Shown here one piece after another: positions 50,161 through 58,230 of a stretch of DNA of 64,000 nucleotides. The translations under genes were made by a program, and so were the position numbers. Source of the stretch: an uncultured Gammaproteobacteria bacterium (GTDB lineage Bacteria; Patescibacteriota; Patescibacteriia; Magasanikbacterales; UBA922); contig CAZTEU010000003.1 of assembly GCA_964612105.1 (NCBI GenBank), positions 67,050 through 131,049 on the forward strand, in the 5' to 3' direction. The notes under the pieces were generated by a model. That model saw only the letters and a list, made by a program, of their open reading frames with translations. It had not been told where the DNA came from and did not search any database. Each line of letters opens with the position of its first letter. The first letter of the stretch is position 1.

Positions 50161-50310
50161 CATGTAACGACTCGTATCGAGCCTCGACCTTGGGCTACAT
50201 GGTTGCCTCGACACACGAGGCCTGCTCCCATGTACTGTATGGCATTCTACCCTGAACCACTCTCGACCTCTACTACCAGAGGTTCAGGGCATTAGCCATA
50301 CAATATCCTG
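50161..50310. other. GC-enriched, highly structured intergenic element; candidate structured ncRNA. Its identity is unresolved.
   Basis: Local GC is about 50% against the roughly 33% background. A nested long hairpin spans 50236-50302, built from a perfect 9-bp stem CCCTGAACC/GGTTCAGGG inside an 8-bp stem TGTATGGC/GCCATACA. A second hairpin GCCTCG-ACACA-CGAGGC lies at 50205-50221. It lies upstream of the giant-gene promoter and outside any ORF. Confidence 0.2.
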
Positions 50311-50390
50311 GGAATGAATATTGTTGTGCTCTCCTTTATTGACAAGCACAGTTCTATCCCGACAAGTCGAGAAAGGGCTGTGTTTACCAA

Positions 50391-51692
50391 CTATTCTATG
50401 TCACTTTCATTATTTTCGCTCTCTACTGGAGCTTGTACAGGGTCTACCACTTCTTCCAATTCATTATTTATTTCTTTGGTCTTCTTAATAGCATCCTTTA
50501 CCTCAACAACAGCCTGAGCTGTCTCAGTATTAACCTCTTGAGCTTCTTGTGCTTTATGAATAGCATCAAGAAGATTGTTGTTCTCAACCAGCTCTTGAGC
50601 CTGCTGTATAATCTCCCCCGCTCTCTCTACTGTTTCATCGACCTTATCTACAACCTCCACTATCTTATCTTTTATATCTTCGAGATTCTCAGCTTCTTTG
50701 ACTTGATCTTTTTCTGAGTCAGTTGCCATTGTTGATGATGCCAAAAGAGTCTCTTTTAAATCCTCTAATACTTCTTCATTTATTTCACTTTCACTTGTAG
50801 TTTTCTCCACAGCCTCAGCGTCTGGCTTTATTTCATCTTTAATAGTGTCCTTTACTTCCTGTACTGATACAGACAATTCTGCAATTGTTTCAGCAACAAG
50901 CTCTGCAACATCCTCATTGGATGACTCACTGTCTTCTTTTTCCACATCCTCATCTAATTGTTTAACAACTTTTTCTATAACATCAAGCTCCGCAGCCTTC
51001 ACCAGTGATGTTGCCTCAGCAACTTCTTTCACCAAAGAACCTGTATCTGTCTCGTCATTACCCCCTTCTATTTCTTTAGTAACCTCAATTAATTCTTTTT
51101 TAATTTCCTGAGTAGCTTTTGTAAGATCTTTAGCTACGCTGACAGCTTCAGAGAGGCTGGTATTATTTACTTCTTTCGCGCTTTCCTTCGCAGACTCTAT
51201 AGATTTTTTGAGCTTTACTACAGTCTTCTGTGCTCGCTCTGCCTTGTCTTCGCCCTCGTTATTTTCAACTATTTTTTTTGTCTCTTCAGATCTACGTGAT
51301 GCAAATTCAAGATGAAGCTTAGTTTCTACAACCTTATCTCGTGAAACTGTAGCAAGTGCAACTTGAGTTTTTTCTGTAGCAATCTTTACTCCGTACAAAA
51401 CCTCGCCTGGTAAACTATCATATGAAGCATTTACCCCAACAATCCAACCACCAACCGTCATAATACTAATCATGATCATTGCCATAGCCGGACGAGCAGC
51501 ATGTGCAATAGATTCAGGAATAAACCAAGATACTAATTCTTTTGCTGGAACAGACCTCTTGGACTCAGTTACATTATTAGTTATTTGTCTCAAAAGACGG
51601 TTACGAGTGTTATCAACCCAAACATGGTCGGGTTTTAACCGGCCATTATAATCTTTCAAAGATTTAAGTTGTTCTATGAGTTGTTTACTCAT
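50391..51692 (-). CDS. Membrane-anchored acidic coiled-coil protein; putative anti-sigma factor partner (DUF5667-like architecture).
   Basis: About 65-aa cytoplasmic N-terminus, a single TM helix (AMAMIMISIMTVGGWIVGV), then about 340 aa of extremely E/K/D-rich helical sequence. It overlaps the sigma-factor gene by 8 bp. Confidence 0.45.
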   Translation of the reverse strand: MSKQLIEQLKSLKDYNGRLKPDHVWVDNTRNRLLRQITNNVTESKRSVPAKELVSWFIPESIAHAARPAMAMIMISIMTVGGWIVGVNASYDSLPGEVLYGVKIATEKTQVALATVSRDKVVETKLHLEFASRRSEETKKIVENNEGEDKAERAQKTVVKLKKSIESAKESAKEVNNTSLSEAVSVAKDLTKATQEIKKELIEVTKEIEGGNDETDTGSLVKEVAEATSLVKAAELDVIEKVVKQLDEDVEKEDSESSNEDVAELVAETIAELSVSVQEVKDTIKDEIKPDAEAVEKTTSESEINEEVLEDLKETLLASSTMATDSEKDQVKEAENLEDIKDKIVEVVDKVDETVERAGEIIQQAQELVENNNLLDAIHKAQEAQEVNTETAQAVVEVKDAIKKTKEINNELEEVVDPVQAPVESENNESDIE

Positions 51693-52266
51693 GTGAGTCT
51701 TGTGTGATTCTTTTTAATACTTTTAGTGCTCTGTGTAATGTAACTCGCACATTTGAACCAGACTTTTCAGTTATGTGAGCAATCTCAGATATAGACAAGT
51801 CATCCACATACCTGAGCACAATTACCTCTTGGTACTCATTTTTTAGCTTCTTAATCTGCTGAAGTAGAGCTTGTGTATTTTGATGTAGCTCTATCTCATT
51901 TATTAGAGTATTTTCACGAGCGTACTCTTTTACTTGATCCAGACTACACTCTTTGGTCTTGGCACGTTTTCTATAAACATCCACAACAGCATTACGCGCA
52001 ATTCGGTAGACTAAGCCACTAAAGCTTCTTGTTCTTTTGTTTGAATGATCTATTAAATAGTTCCACGTTTTGAGGAAGACTTCGCTTGTAATATCTTCAG
52101 CCTCTTCTCTATTTGATAGCTTCAGATAAACAAACCTATAAATTTTATCAACATACTTATCGTACAGCTCTGCGAAGGCATCCGGATCTCTCTTAGCTTG
52201 AGCACGATATATAAGTATTTGTTCACTAATATTTTTCCTCATAATAGAAGACGCAGAAGTTACCAA
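51685..52266 (-). CDS. RNA polymerase sigma-70-family (ECF-type) sigma factor.
   Basis: Region 2 (FAELYDKYVDKIYRFVYLKLSNREEAEDITSEVFLKTWNY) and a region-4 HTH (LSISEIAHITEKSGSNVRVTLHRALKVLK). The true start is probably the ATG at 52242 (MRKNISEQ); the track start is a TTG. Confidence 0.75.
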   Translation of the reverse strand: MVTSASSIMRKNISEQILIYRAQAKRDPDAFAELYDKYVDKIYRFVYLKLSNREEAEDITSEVFLKTWNYLIDHSNKRTRSFSGLVYRIARNAVVDVYRKRAKTKECSLDQVKEYARENTLINEIELHQNTQALLQQIKKLKNEYQEVIVLRYVDDLSISEIAHITEKSGSNVRVTLHRALKVLKRITQDSHE

Positions 52267-52275
52267 AATGTTACA
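52250..52275 (-). promoter_or_regulatory. ECF-type promoter (GTAAC-N16-CGTC) directly upstream of the sigma-factor gene; probably autoregulated and leaderless.
   Basis: Minus strand reads TGTAAC, 16 nt, CGTC, 7 nt, ATG. This spacing and the AAC...CGT core match ECF sigma promoters. Confidence 0.35.
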
Positions 52276-52514
52276 CTTTTAATAAACTACCAATCACAAT
52301 TACTTGAACACAAAACAAAGCTTTCAAAAAAACGTCCATATTATCCTTTATTATAGCAAAATTTCAGCATAAGTACAGTAGACCACGAATATCTAATCGG
52401 CGACTATTATAGTGAAATAATGCATGAAAGTCAAGTGTAGAAGTACACAAAAAAATATTGGTAATTTACTAAAGGGCAAAAAAGCACATATGCTTAATAA
52501 GAATTACTATTCTA

Positions 52515-52535
52515 TTTGTATAGACTATTGTATAC
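52515..52535. promoter_or_regulatory. Palindromic operator copy A (degenerate).
   Basis: TTTGTATAGACTATTGTATAC is an imperfect version of the 24-bp palindrome repeated at 52583 and 52671. Confidence 0.35.
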
Positions 52536-52582
52536 TTTCTTTACGTTTATTAGGTTATTTTAGCCAATTTACTATACGGGTG

Positions 52583-52606
52583 TTTGTATAGAGTAGTGTA
52601 TACAAA
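52583..52606. promoter_or_regulatory. Palindromic operator copy B.
   Basis: TTTGTATAGAGTAGTGTATACAAA. The half-sites TTTGTATA/TATACAAA are perfect reverse complements. Confidence 0.45.
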
Positions 52607-52642
52607 CTAACACAATAGAGACACAGTATTATTGTGTATTTA

Positions 52643-52671
52643 TTGACAAGTTTAGCCAAAAATGATACTGT
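52643..52671 (+). promoter_or_regulatory. Promoter of the HTH regulator gene, bracketed by operator copies B and C.
   Basis: TTGACA at 52643-52648, 15-17 nt spacer, then GATACT/TACTGT. Operator C starts right after the -10 element. Confidence 0.35.
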
Positions 52672-52694
52672 TTGTATAGATTAGTGTATACAAA
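52671..52694. promoter_or_regulatory. Palindromic operator copy C, abutting the HTH gene start codon.
   Basis: TTTGTATAGATTAGTGTATACAAA ends 2 nt before the ATG at 52697. It differs from copy B at 2 of 24 positions. Confidence 0.45.
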
Positions 52695-52696
52695 TT

Positions 52697-53014
52697 ATGA
52701 ATATAGAGGAAAAGGAAATTGTTAGATTATCTGTCTCAGAGGCAGCAAGATTGTTTGGAGTGAACGCTCAGACAATAAGACGTGCAATAAAAGACCAGGA
52801 AATTACCTACATTGTTGTGGGTGGAAGATATAAGATTAATTTTGAAAGTCTTGTGCGTTGGTCACAAAGAAAGACTACGGTGCAGAATAAAATGAATACT
52901 CGAGGAATTGGACAATATGTTGGAAAATGGAGAATTAAGAACACTCTTTATTCCCCAAGTAAAAAATCTGTTCCGAAAAAACCTGAGGATGATAATTCCT
53001 CAGAACAGAAATAA
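52697..53014 (+). CDS. Excisionase/MerR-superfamily HTH DNA-binding protein (HTH_17-like), 105 aa.
   Basis: LSVSEAARLFGVNAQTIRRAIKDQEITYIVVGGRYKI is the canonical excisionase-family HTH. The basic C-terminal tail is atypical. Confidence 0.6.
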   Translation: MNIEEKEIVRLSVSEAARLFGVNAQTIRRAIKDQEITYIVVGGRYKINFESLVRWSQRKTTVQNKMNTRGIGQYVGKWRIKNTLYSPSKKSVPKKPEDDNSSEQK

Positions 53015-53015
53015 T

Positions 53016-53037
53016 CCGCCTTCTGGCGGTTTTTTTT
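53016..53037 (+). terminator. Rho-independent terminator.
   Basis: CCGCC-TTCT-GGCGG hairpin followed by T8, 2 nt after the stop codon. Confidence 0.65.
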
Positions 53038-53049
53038 ATCACACTATCG

Positions 53050-53058
53050 TGGTATTAT
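53050..53058 (+). promoter_or_regulatory. Extended -10 promoter (TGgTATTAT) for the downstream membrane protein; leaderless.
   Basis: TGGTATTAT ends 6 nt before the ATG at 53065. No clear -35 element. Confidence 0.3.
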
Positions 53059-53064
53059 AGTGTT

Positions 53065-54918
53065 ATGAAATTCGTAGAAAAGTATCTCAATAGGCACCAT
53101 TTTTTTAATAGTCCACATAAATGGTTTTTTTCTTTTCTATCTTCTCCTATTCACTTTGCAGAACTGCACTACAAGAAAAAATATCATCTAAGCTTTGTTC
53201 ACGCAAAGAAATTGTTCTTCTTTGACATGGTTCTTTTATGTACTGTACTCGTCCTATCCTCACTTACTATATTTTGGTTTTCTTATGATCCTACTGTACT
53301 TGGTGATATTGGTTTGAACATATCATCTCCTCAATCTCGCATTGCGTCAGGTGAACATGTGGATTTTGCAATCAATTTTGAAAATACCAGTGGCTCATTG
53401 TTAGTTGATTCGTCAATTGCACTGCTACTCCCAGAAAGCTTTATCCTTGATATATCAAGTCTCTCAAAAAACTATCCTTTTTCTAATACTTCTAAATCTT
53501 TCAGCGTTGGAGATCTACATCCAGGCGCAAACGGAAAGATTACTCTGTCTGGATGGTTTTATGGTGAGCCGGAAATACAGGAACGAATTACCGCAAGACT
53601 TTCTTATTTACAAGAAAAGCGTGATGTAAGAGAATTTAAAGATGCTACAATATTGCAAACACCTAGAGGTTCGCTGATTAAGGCATCTATAAATATGCCT
53701 GACTCAATACTATCGTCAGGAGAAATTGATTTTAATATTAATCTATCAGGAGAAATTACAGATCAGATTGACTCTATATCACTTAATATATCAAATTCAA
53801 ACTTTAAACTGTCTTCACATTCAAAACCCTCGCAAGGATTAGTGGAAAAAGGGGTGTGGATAATTCCTATAGATGAAGGACAAACGAGTATAAATGCAAA
53901 AATGTCTGGAAAATTATCATATAGTGTAGTAAATAATCAACAAACTAGCACATACACAGTTACCCCAAAAATAGTTCTTCAAAATAAGCCTTTTCTACAA
54001 GTTCCAGTAACGAAGAGTCTTGGTGTAGTAAATCCAAAAATGTCTCTTTCTGGATTGTGGATAAGCGGACAAACTGCACATCCAGGTGATATAACTAAAT
54101 TAAAAATAAAGGTACAAAACACTGGACACATAAAGCTAGTGGATGGATCTATATCTTTTGATGTGCCAGATCAAGTAGATGTTGTGAAACTTATTGATAA
54201 TAATGTTGGCCTGTATAGCAACCAAACATATACTGTAACTGCAGGACACAACGCTGGACTCAAATCAATTGGTCCAGGAGAAATAAAAGAGGTCATTTTA
54301 GAGATACCTATTAAAAATAATATTTTAGAGGGAGAGAACATAGAAATAAAAATAGACCCTAAATTAGAGGCGCAAATTCCATCAATGTCTGGAACTAAGT
54401 ACAACACTCAGTCCAGCATTCCAGAAGTTAGAGTGTCTACAGATTTGGCACTTGGTGGCTCGCTTATGTACTACACGGGTGATGGAGAGCAAATAGGTAG
54501 AGGTCCGTTACCTCCACAAGTTGGAAAACAAACAACATACTGGGCAACAATCTCAGTTAAAAATACCACAAACAAACTAGAATATCTTCAATTTATAGCA
54601 GAATTATCAGATAGGGCAATCTGGCTAGACAAATCAAGTGTAAGTCATGGAAAAACGCTTCATTATGACAGTAAAACCCATTCTGTAACCTGGTCTCTTC
54701 CGGAGATGAGCACCCACGACATTGCTGGGATATATATGGGTATAGGCTATATCCCAACTCCTGAAGATATTGGAAATACACCTGTATTAATAAAACATAT
54801 TGCTACCCGAGGTGTTGATACTTTTGTAGATGAAAACATCAAAAAGACCTTATCATCAATAGACATATCACTAAAAGGTGACCAAAAAGCACAGAAAAGA
54901 GGGGTTGCTGTACAATAG
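53065..54918 (+). CDS. Hypothetical membrane-anchored extracellular protein with beta-rich repeats.
   Basis: Cytoplasmic N-terminus, one TM helix (MVLLCTVLVLSSLTIFWF), then about 540 aa hydrophilic and rich in S/T/N/G/I. No recognizable catalytic motif. Confidence 0.5.
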   Translation: MKFVEKYLNRHHFFNSPHKWFFSFLSSPIHFAELHYKKKYHLSFVHAKKLFFFDMVLLCTVLVLSSLTIFWFSYDPTVLGDIGLNISSPQSRIASGEHVDFAINFENTSGSLLVDSSIALLLPESFILDISSLSKNYPFSNTSKSFSVGDLHPGANGKITLSGWFYGEPEIQERITARLSYLQEKRDVREFKDATILQTPRGSLIKASINMPDSILSSGEIDFNINLSGEITDQIDSISLNISNSNFKLSSHSKPSQGLVEKGVWIIPIDEGQTSINAKMSGKLSYSVVNNQQTSTYTVTPKIVLQNKPFLQVPVTKSLGVVNPKMSLSGLWISGQTAHPGDITKLKIKVQNTGHIKLVDGSISFDVPDQVDVVKLIDNNVGLYSNQTYTVTAGHNAGLKSIGPGEIKEVILEIPIKNNILEGENIEIKIDPKLEAQIPSMSGTKYNTQSSIPEVRVSTDLALGGSLMYYTGDGEQIGRGPLPPQVGKQTTYWATISVKNTTNKLEYLQFIAELSDRAIWLDKSSVSHGKTLHYDSKTHSVTWSLPEMSTHDIAGIYMGIGYIPTPEDIGNTPVLIKHIATRGVDTFVDENIKKTLSSIDISLKGDQKAQKRGVAVQ

Positions 54919-54942
54919 AGATCACTTTAGAGAGTCTAAAAA

Positions 54943-54965
54943 AGCCCATAAAATGGGCTTTTTTA
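54943..54965 (+). terminator. Rho-independent terminator.
   Basis: AGCCCAT-AAA-ATGGGCT hairpin followed by T6. Confidence 0.65.
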
Positions 54966-54979
54966 GGTACTTCATTGGC

Positions 54980-55008
54980 TTGACAAAAGGTCTATTTTAT
55001 GGTACAAT
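54980..55008 (+). promoter_or_regulatory. Sigma70-type promoter.
   Basis: TTGACA, 17 nt, TACAAT. Near-consensus. Confidence 0.55.
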
Positions 55009-55011
55009 TAT

Positions 55012-56196
55012 GTGTCAATATATATACCAAATATGCGTATAGCAATGATAGGTCAAAAAGGAATGCCAGCTAGATTTGGGGGTGTCGAAAGACATGTCCA
55101 TGAGTTGTCTGTGCGATTAAATAAAGCCGGACATGAGGTTACTGTATATGGAAGAGCTTGGTACACTGATACACACAACAAGCTTGTTGAAGGTGTTTAT
55201 TCTAAAATATTACCAACAATTCATACAAAACACCTAGATGCCATTTCTAACTCCTTCTTTTCTACAATTGATGCGGTTATAAATCGCTATGATGTAATAC
55301 ACTACCACGGAGTTGGTCCATCTTTGCTTTCATGGATTCCAAGACTATTCGCACCGGAAATTAAAGTTGTAACAACCTTCCACACAATTGATAGGAAATT
55401 AAAGAAGTGGGGACCAATAGCTAGACTTTTCTTGTGGATAGGAGAGTACACTGCTTGTAGGTTTGCTCACAATACTATTACTGTTTCAGAAACACTTACT
55501 CAGTATGCTAGAGACGTATATAATCGTGATACTAACTATATACCAAACGGAGTTCCTCAATATTCTAAAGCTAAAAAGACAGGCAGTCTGAAAGAATGGA
55601 ACCTAGATTCTGGAGAGTACTTCCTAATGGTCGCACGTCTAATACCAGATAAGGGTGTCCATTACCTTATTAGAGCCTTTTGCCAGCTCCAAGATAAATA
55701 CCCTAAGAAACTTGGAAAAAAGAAGTTGGTTATTGTTGGAGATGGGCATTATACCGATAAATATGTGAATGCAATAAAGGATATGGCTGAGGAGAACCAA
55801 AGAATCGTATTTACTGGATTTCAGACAGGGGATGCACTGGCAGAGCTATACAGCCATGCAATGGTGGTAATTAACCCATCAGACCAGGAAGGAATGCCCT
55901 TGTCTGTATTAGAAGCAATGGCATATGGAGTTCCTGTAATATTGTCAGATATTGCAGAGCACAAAGAATTTGCCCTAGAACCTGAGCTGTTATTCCGAAG
56001 AGGAAAACCACAATCATTAGTAAAAAGTCTCTTATATATTCTAGAAGCAAAGAAGTCTGCACTACAAAAACTGTCTAAGAGATCAAGCGAAAGAATGAGA
56101 GATGGACATGACTGGGATAAGATTGCAAAGCAAACAATAGCTGTATATCAAGACCCAATAATACACGTCCACGAAACACCAATACTACCTGTATAA
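55012..56196 (+). CDS. Glycosyltransferase family 4.
   Basis: RIAMIGQKGMPARFGGVERHV N-terminus and SDQEGMPLSVLEAMAYGVPVILSDI. The likely true start is the ATG at 55033 (MRIAMIG). Confidence 0.7.
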   Translation: MSIYIPNMRIAMIGQKGMPARFGGVERHVHELSVRLNKAGHEVTVYGRAWYTDTHNKLVEGVYSKILPTIHTKHLDAISNSFFSTIDAVINRYDVIHYHGVGPSLLSWIPRLFAPEIKVVTTFHTIDRKLKKWGPIARLFLWIGEYTACRFAHNTITVSETLTQYARDVYNRDTNYIPNGVPQYSKAKKTGSLKEWNLDSGEYFLMVARLIPDKGVHYLIRAFCQLQDKYPKKLGKKKLVIVGDGHYTDKYVNAIKDMAEENQRIVFTGFQTGDALAELYSHAMVVINPSDQEGMPLSVLEAMAYGVPVILSDIAEHKEFALEPELLFRRGKPQSLVKSLLYILEAKKSALQKLSKRSSERMRDGHDWDKIAKQTIAVYQDPIIHVHETPILPV

Positions 56197-56198
56197 TA

Positions 56199-56225
56199 AA
56201 AACCCGGTTTACACCAGGTTTTTTA
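56199..56225. terminator. Putative bidirectional terminator between convergent genes.
   Basis: A-tract, imperfect hairpin (AAACC...GGTTT), T-tract. Symmetric, so usable on both strands. Confidence 0.3.
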
Positions 56226-56253
56226 GTAAATAAATTCCAATTATTAGCATCTG

Positions 56254-58230
56254 TTATATTCCACTAGAAAATACAATTATATCCTCAACACCATCAAAAT
56301 CAACATCAGCTGTGTCTAAACTCACACCCCCATAAATCAAGGAAGTGTATGCTGTGAACTTATTTAAAAGCTTACCAAGATTATTAAAAATTTTGATGAT
56401 AGGGGACTTACCATAGCCAGGACCTGTAATTATTTCATTAATTCCATCACCATTCACGTCTCCCGTTGCTATATTAACGCCACTTCTATATGAATAATCA
56501 TAAGCAAACCAAGAACGCACTTTAGATAGATCCTTGGTATATGTTATCACTTCCGCTCTCCTCCCCTTACCTACCCCAACAAGAATCTGAGAGTTTTGAT
56601 CATTTACAGCTACAGAATAACCCCCACTATATCTTCTACCGACTGGATACCAGTTATCTGTCAATAAGACCCCATCATAGCTATATATTTTAATAGGCAA
56701 AGTATAACCTTCATTTGGGGCTACAATAATTTCCTTTTTTCCATCCTCATTTATATCAGCTACAGTAATTTGTAGCTGTCCTGAAAATCTAACTGAGTAT
56801 GGGTAGAAACGTGCATATGGCTGATTATCATGACGCCACACAAATAATTGATTGTTTGTTGCTACAACTAGATCTTTTCTCCCATTTCCATTAATATCTG
56901 TACGAACTATTGTATCTGAACCATCATATGTGCTATCTGAGAGAAAGAGTCCATTTCTAACACGAGAACCATCAAATCTACGGAAGCGAGAAAAGTCACC
57001 ATTTATTACGCGCACATCCTCTAGTTTTTCAACTGGTTTAAGTAGTATTATTCCGTCCTCAGGACTAAGTGTAATTTCTGATGTAATTGAACCGTCATTA
57101 ACAACTGAATCTTGGCTTCCATGTACCTTTTCCATGTCTACTCCAAGCTCAATTTTTTCCTCTTTTTCGGAACTATTTACGACAACGATTCCATTGTCAA
57201 AATCTCTTTTCCAAAGTCCGGTATCAAAATTTGGACTATTCCAATATTCTCTTGTTGCATCCCCTCTTGCAATTCCAAGATCTACATTGTACTCATCATA
57301 CCACCATATTTGTCCATGACTCTTATCTCCAAAATCATATGAGTAAAAACCATCAGAAAGCAAGGCACTTGTAAGGCCATACCTCATTCTCTTATAATTC
57401 TCACTATCACCTGTATTGTTTGTGTTTGCATTTATAATACTCCAAGGTCCATTTCCACTATATCTTTGCATTGCATAGTCCCATGAAAAATTGTTGAAGT
57501 TCTCAAACAACTGTCCGTCTAACTCTTTCTTATATTCTAGGGTCGTACCATTTCCAACAATAATGATATCCCCCGCTCTTTTGCGTGTCTCGTTATAGAT
57601 ATAACGCATACCACCCCGCCACCTTTCGTCTGGCCTGCTATCTTTAAAACCATTACCATTAAAATCAATCCGATTTGTATTTGCAAAATATGTAATATTA
57701 TCCCAAGCATTGTCATAAAAAACACCATCCCACAGTCCAGTACTAAGTAAATCGTTTACAACAAAATCTACTAGGTAATTATTCCATCTTTTTCCATTTC
57801 TTATTGGGGAGTCATTTGTAACATTTAACAGGTCTGTTTCTGGCCACCAACTTAGTTTATTCCCAGAAGTTCCGCGCAAATACCAATCATTATCAATACC
57901 ACTTACTAGTTTTCTTCTCATCATACTATATGAAACATGTGCATCCTGACGAATTTCCTGGGGGGTGATATATACTAATATTACGATGTCCGGATTCCAC
58001 TGCCTCATTTTTTTAATGAGTTCTGGACGACGCTCCTGAATCTCCATATCCAGTATAACTAAATCCCATGCTGAGAGAGACTTTGCTCGCTTTTCATCTA
58101 AATCCCAAGAAAGGTACACATTTGCCCTCCTTGGAAAATTCTGATGTGGTTCATTAACTGCTATGGCATTTTCTGGTATTAAAAAAACAAGCAGAAAAGC
58201 AACACAGATTATAAACCTATTTGATATCAT
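56254..58230 (-). CDS. Secreted protein: N-terminal putative glycoside-hydrolase-like (GHL, TIM-barrel) domain plus C-terminal FG-GAP/VCBS beta-propeller repeats.
   Basis: Signal peptide (FIICVAFLLVFLIPENAIA). The N-terminal region is rich in conserved W/D/N. The C-terminus has at least 4 repeats of D-x-N/D-G-D/N-G-x-x-E/D-I/L-I/V (DINGNGRKDLVV, ADINEDGKKEIIV, GDVNGDGINEIIT, ADVDFDGVEDIIV). Confidence 0.45.
   Translation of the reverse strand: MISNRFIICVAFLLVFLIPENAIAVNEPHQNFPRRANVYLSWDLDEKRAKSLSAWDLVILDMEIQERRPELIKKMRQWNPDIVILVYITPQEIRQDAHVSYSMMRRKLVSGIDNDWYLRGTSGNKLSWWPETDLLNVTNDSPIRNGKRWNNYLVDFVVNDLLSTGLWDGVFYDNAWDNITYFANTNRIDFNGNGFKDSRPDERWRGGMRYIYNETRKRAGDIIIVGNGTTLEYKKELDGQLFENFNNFSWDYAMQRYSGNGPWSIINANTNNTGDSENYKRMRYGLTSALLSDGFYSYDFGDKSHGQIWWYDEYNVDLGIARGDATREYWNSPNFDTGLWKRDFDNGIVVVNSSEKEEKIELGVDMEKVHGSQDSVVNDGSITSEITLSPEDGIILLKPVEKLEDVRVINGDFSRFRRFDGSRVRNGLFLSDSTYDGSDTIVRTDINGNGRKDLVVATNNQLFVWRHDNQPYARFYPYSVRFSGQLQITVADINEDGKKEIIVAPNEGYTLPIKIYSYDGVLLTDNWYPVGRRYSGGYSVAVNDQNSQILVGVGKGRRAEVITYTKDLSKVRSWFAYDYSYRSGVNIATGDVNGDGINEIITGPGYGKSPIIKIFNNLGKLLNKFTAYTSLIYGGVSLDTADVDFDGVEDIIVFSSGI

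Noticed and set aside
50336-50383. Plus-strand TTGACAAG motif near the end of the anti-sigma gene.
   Set aside because: No acceptable -10 element follows at 16-19 nt (only ACAAGT), and no plus-strand gene is downstream. It is probably a chance match to the recurring TTGACAAG word.
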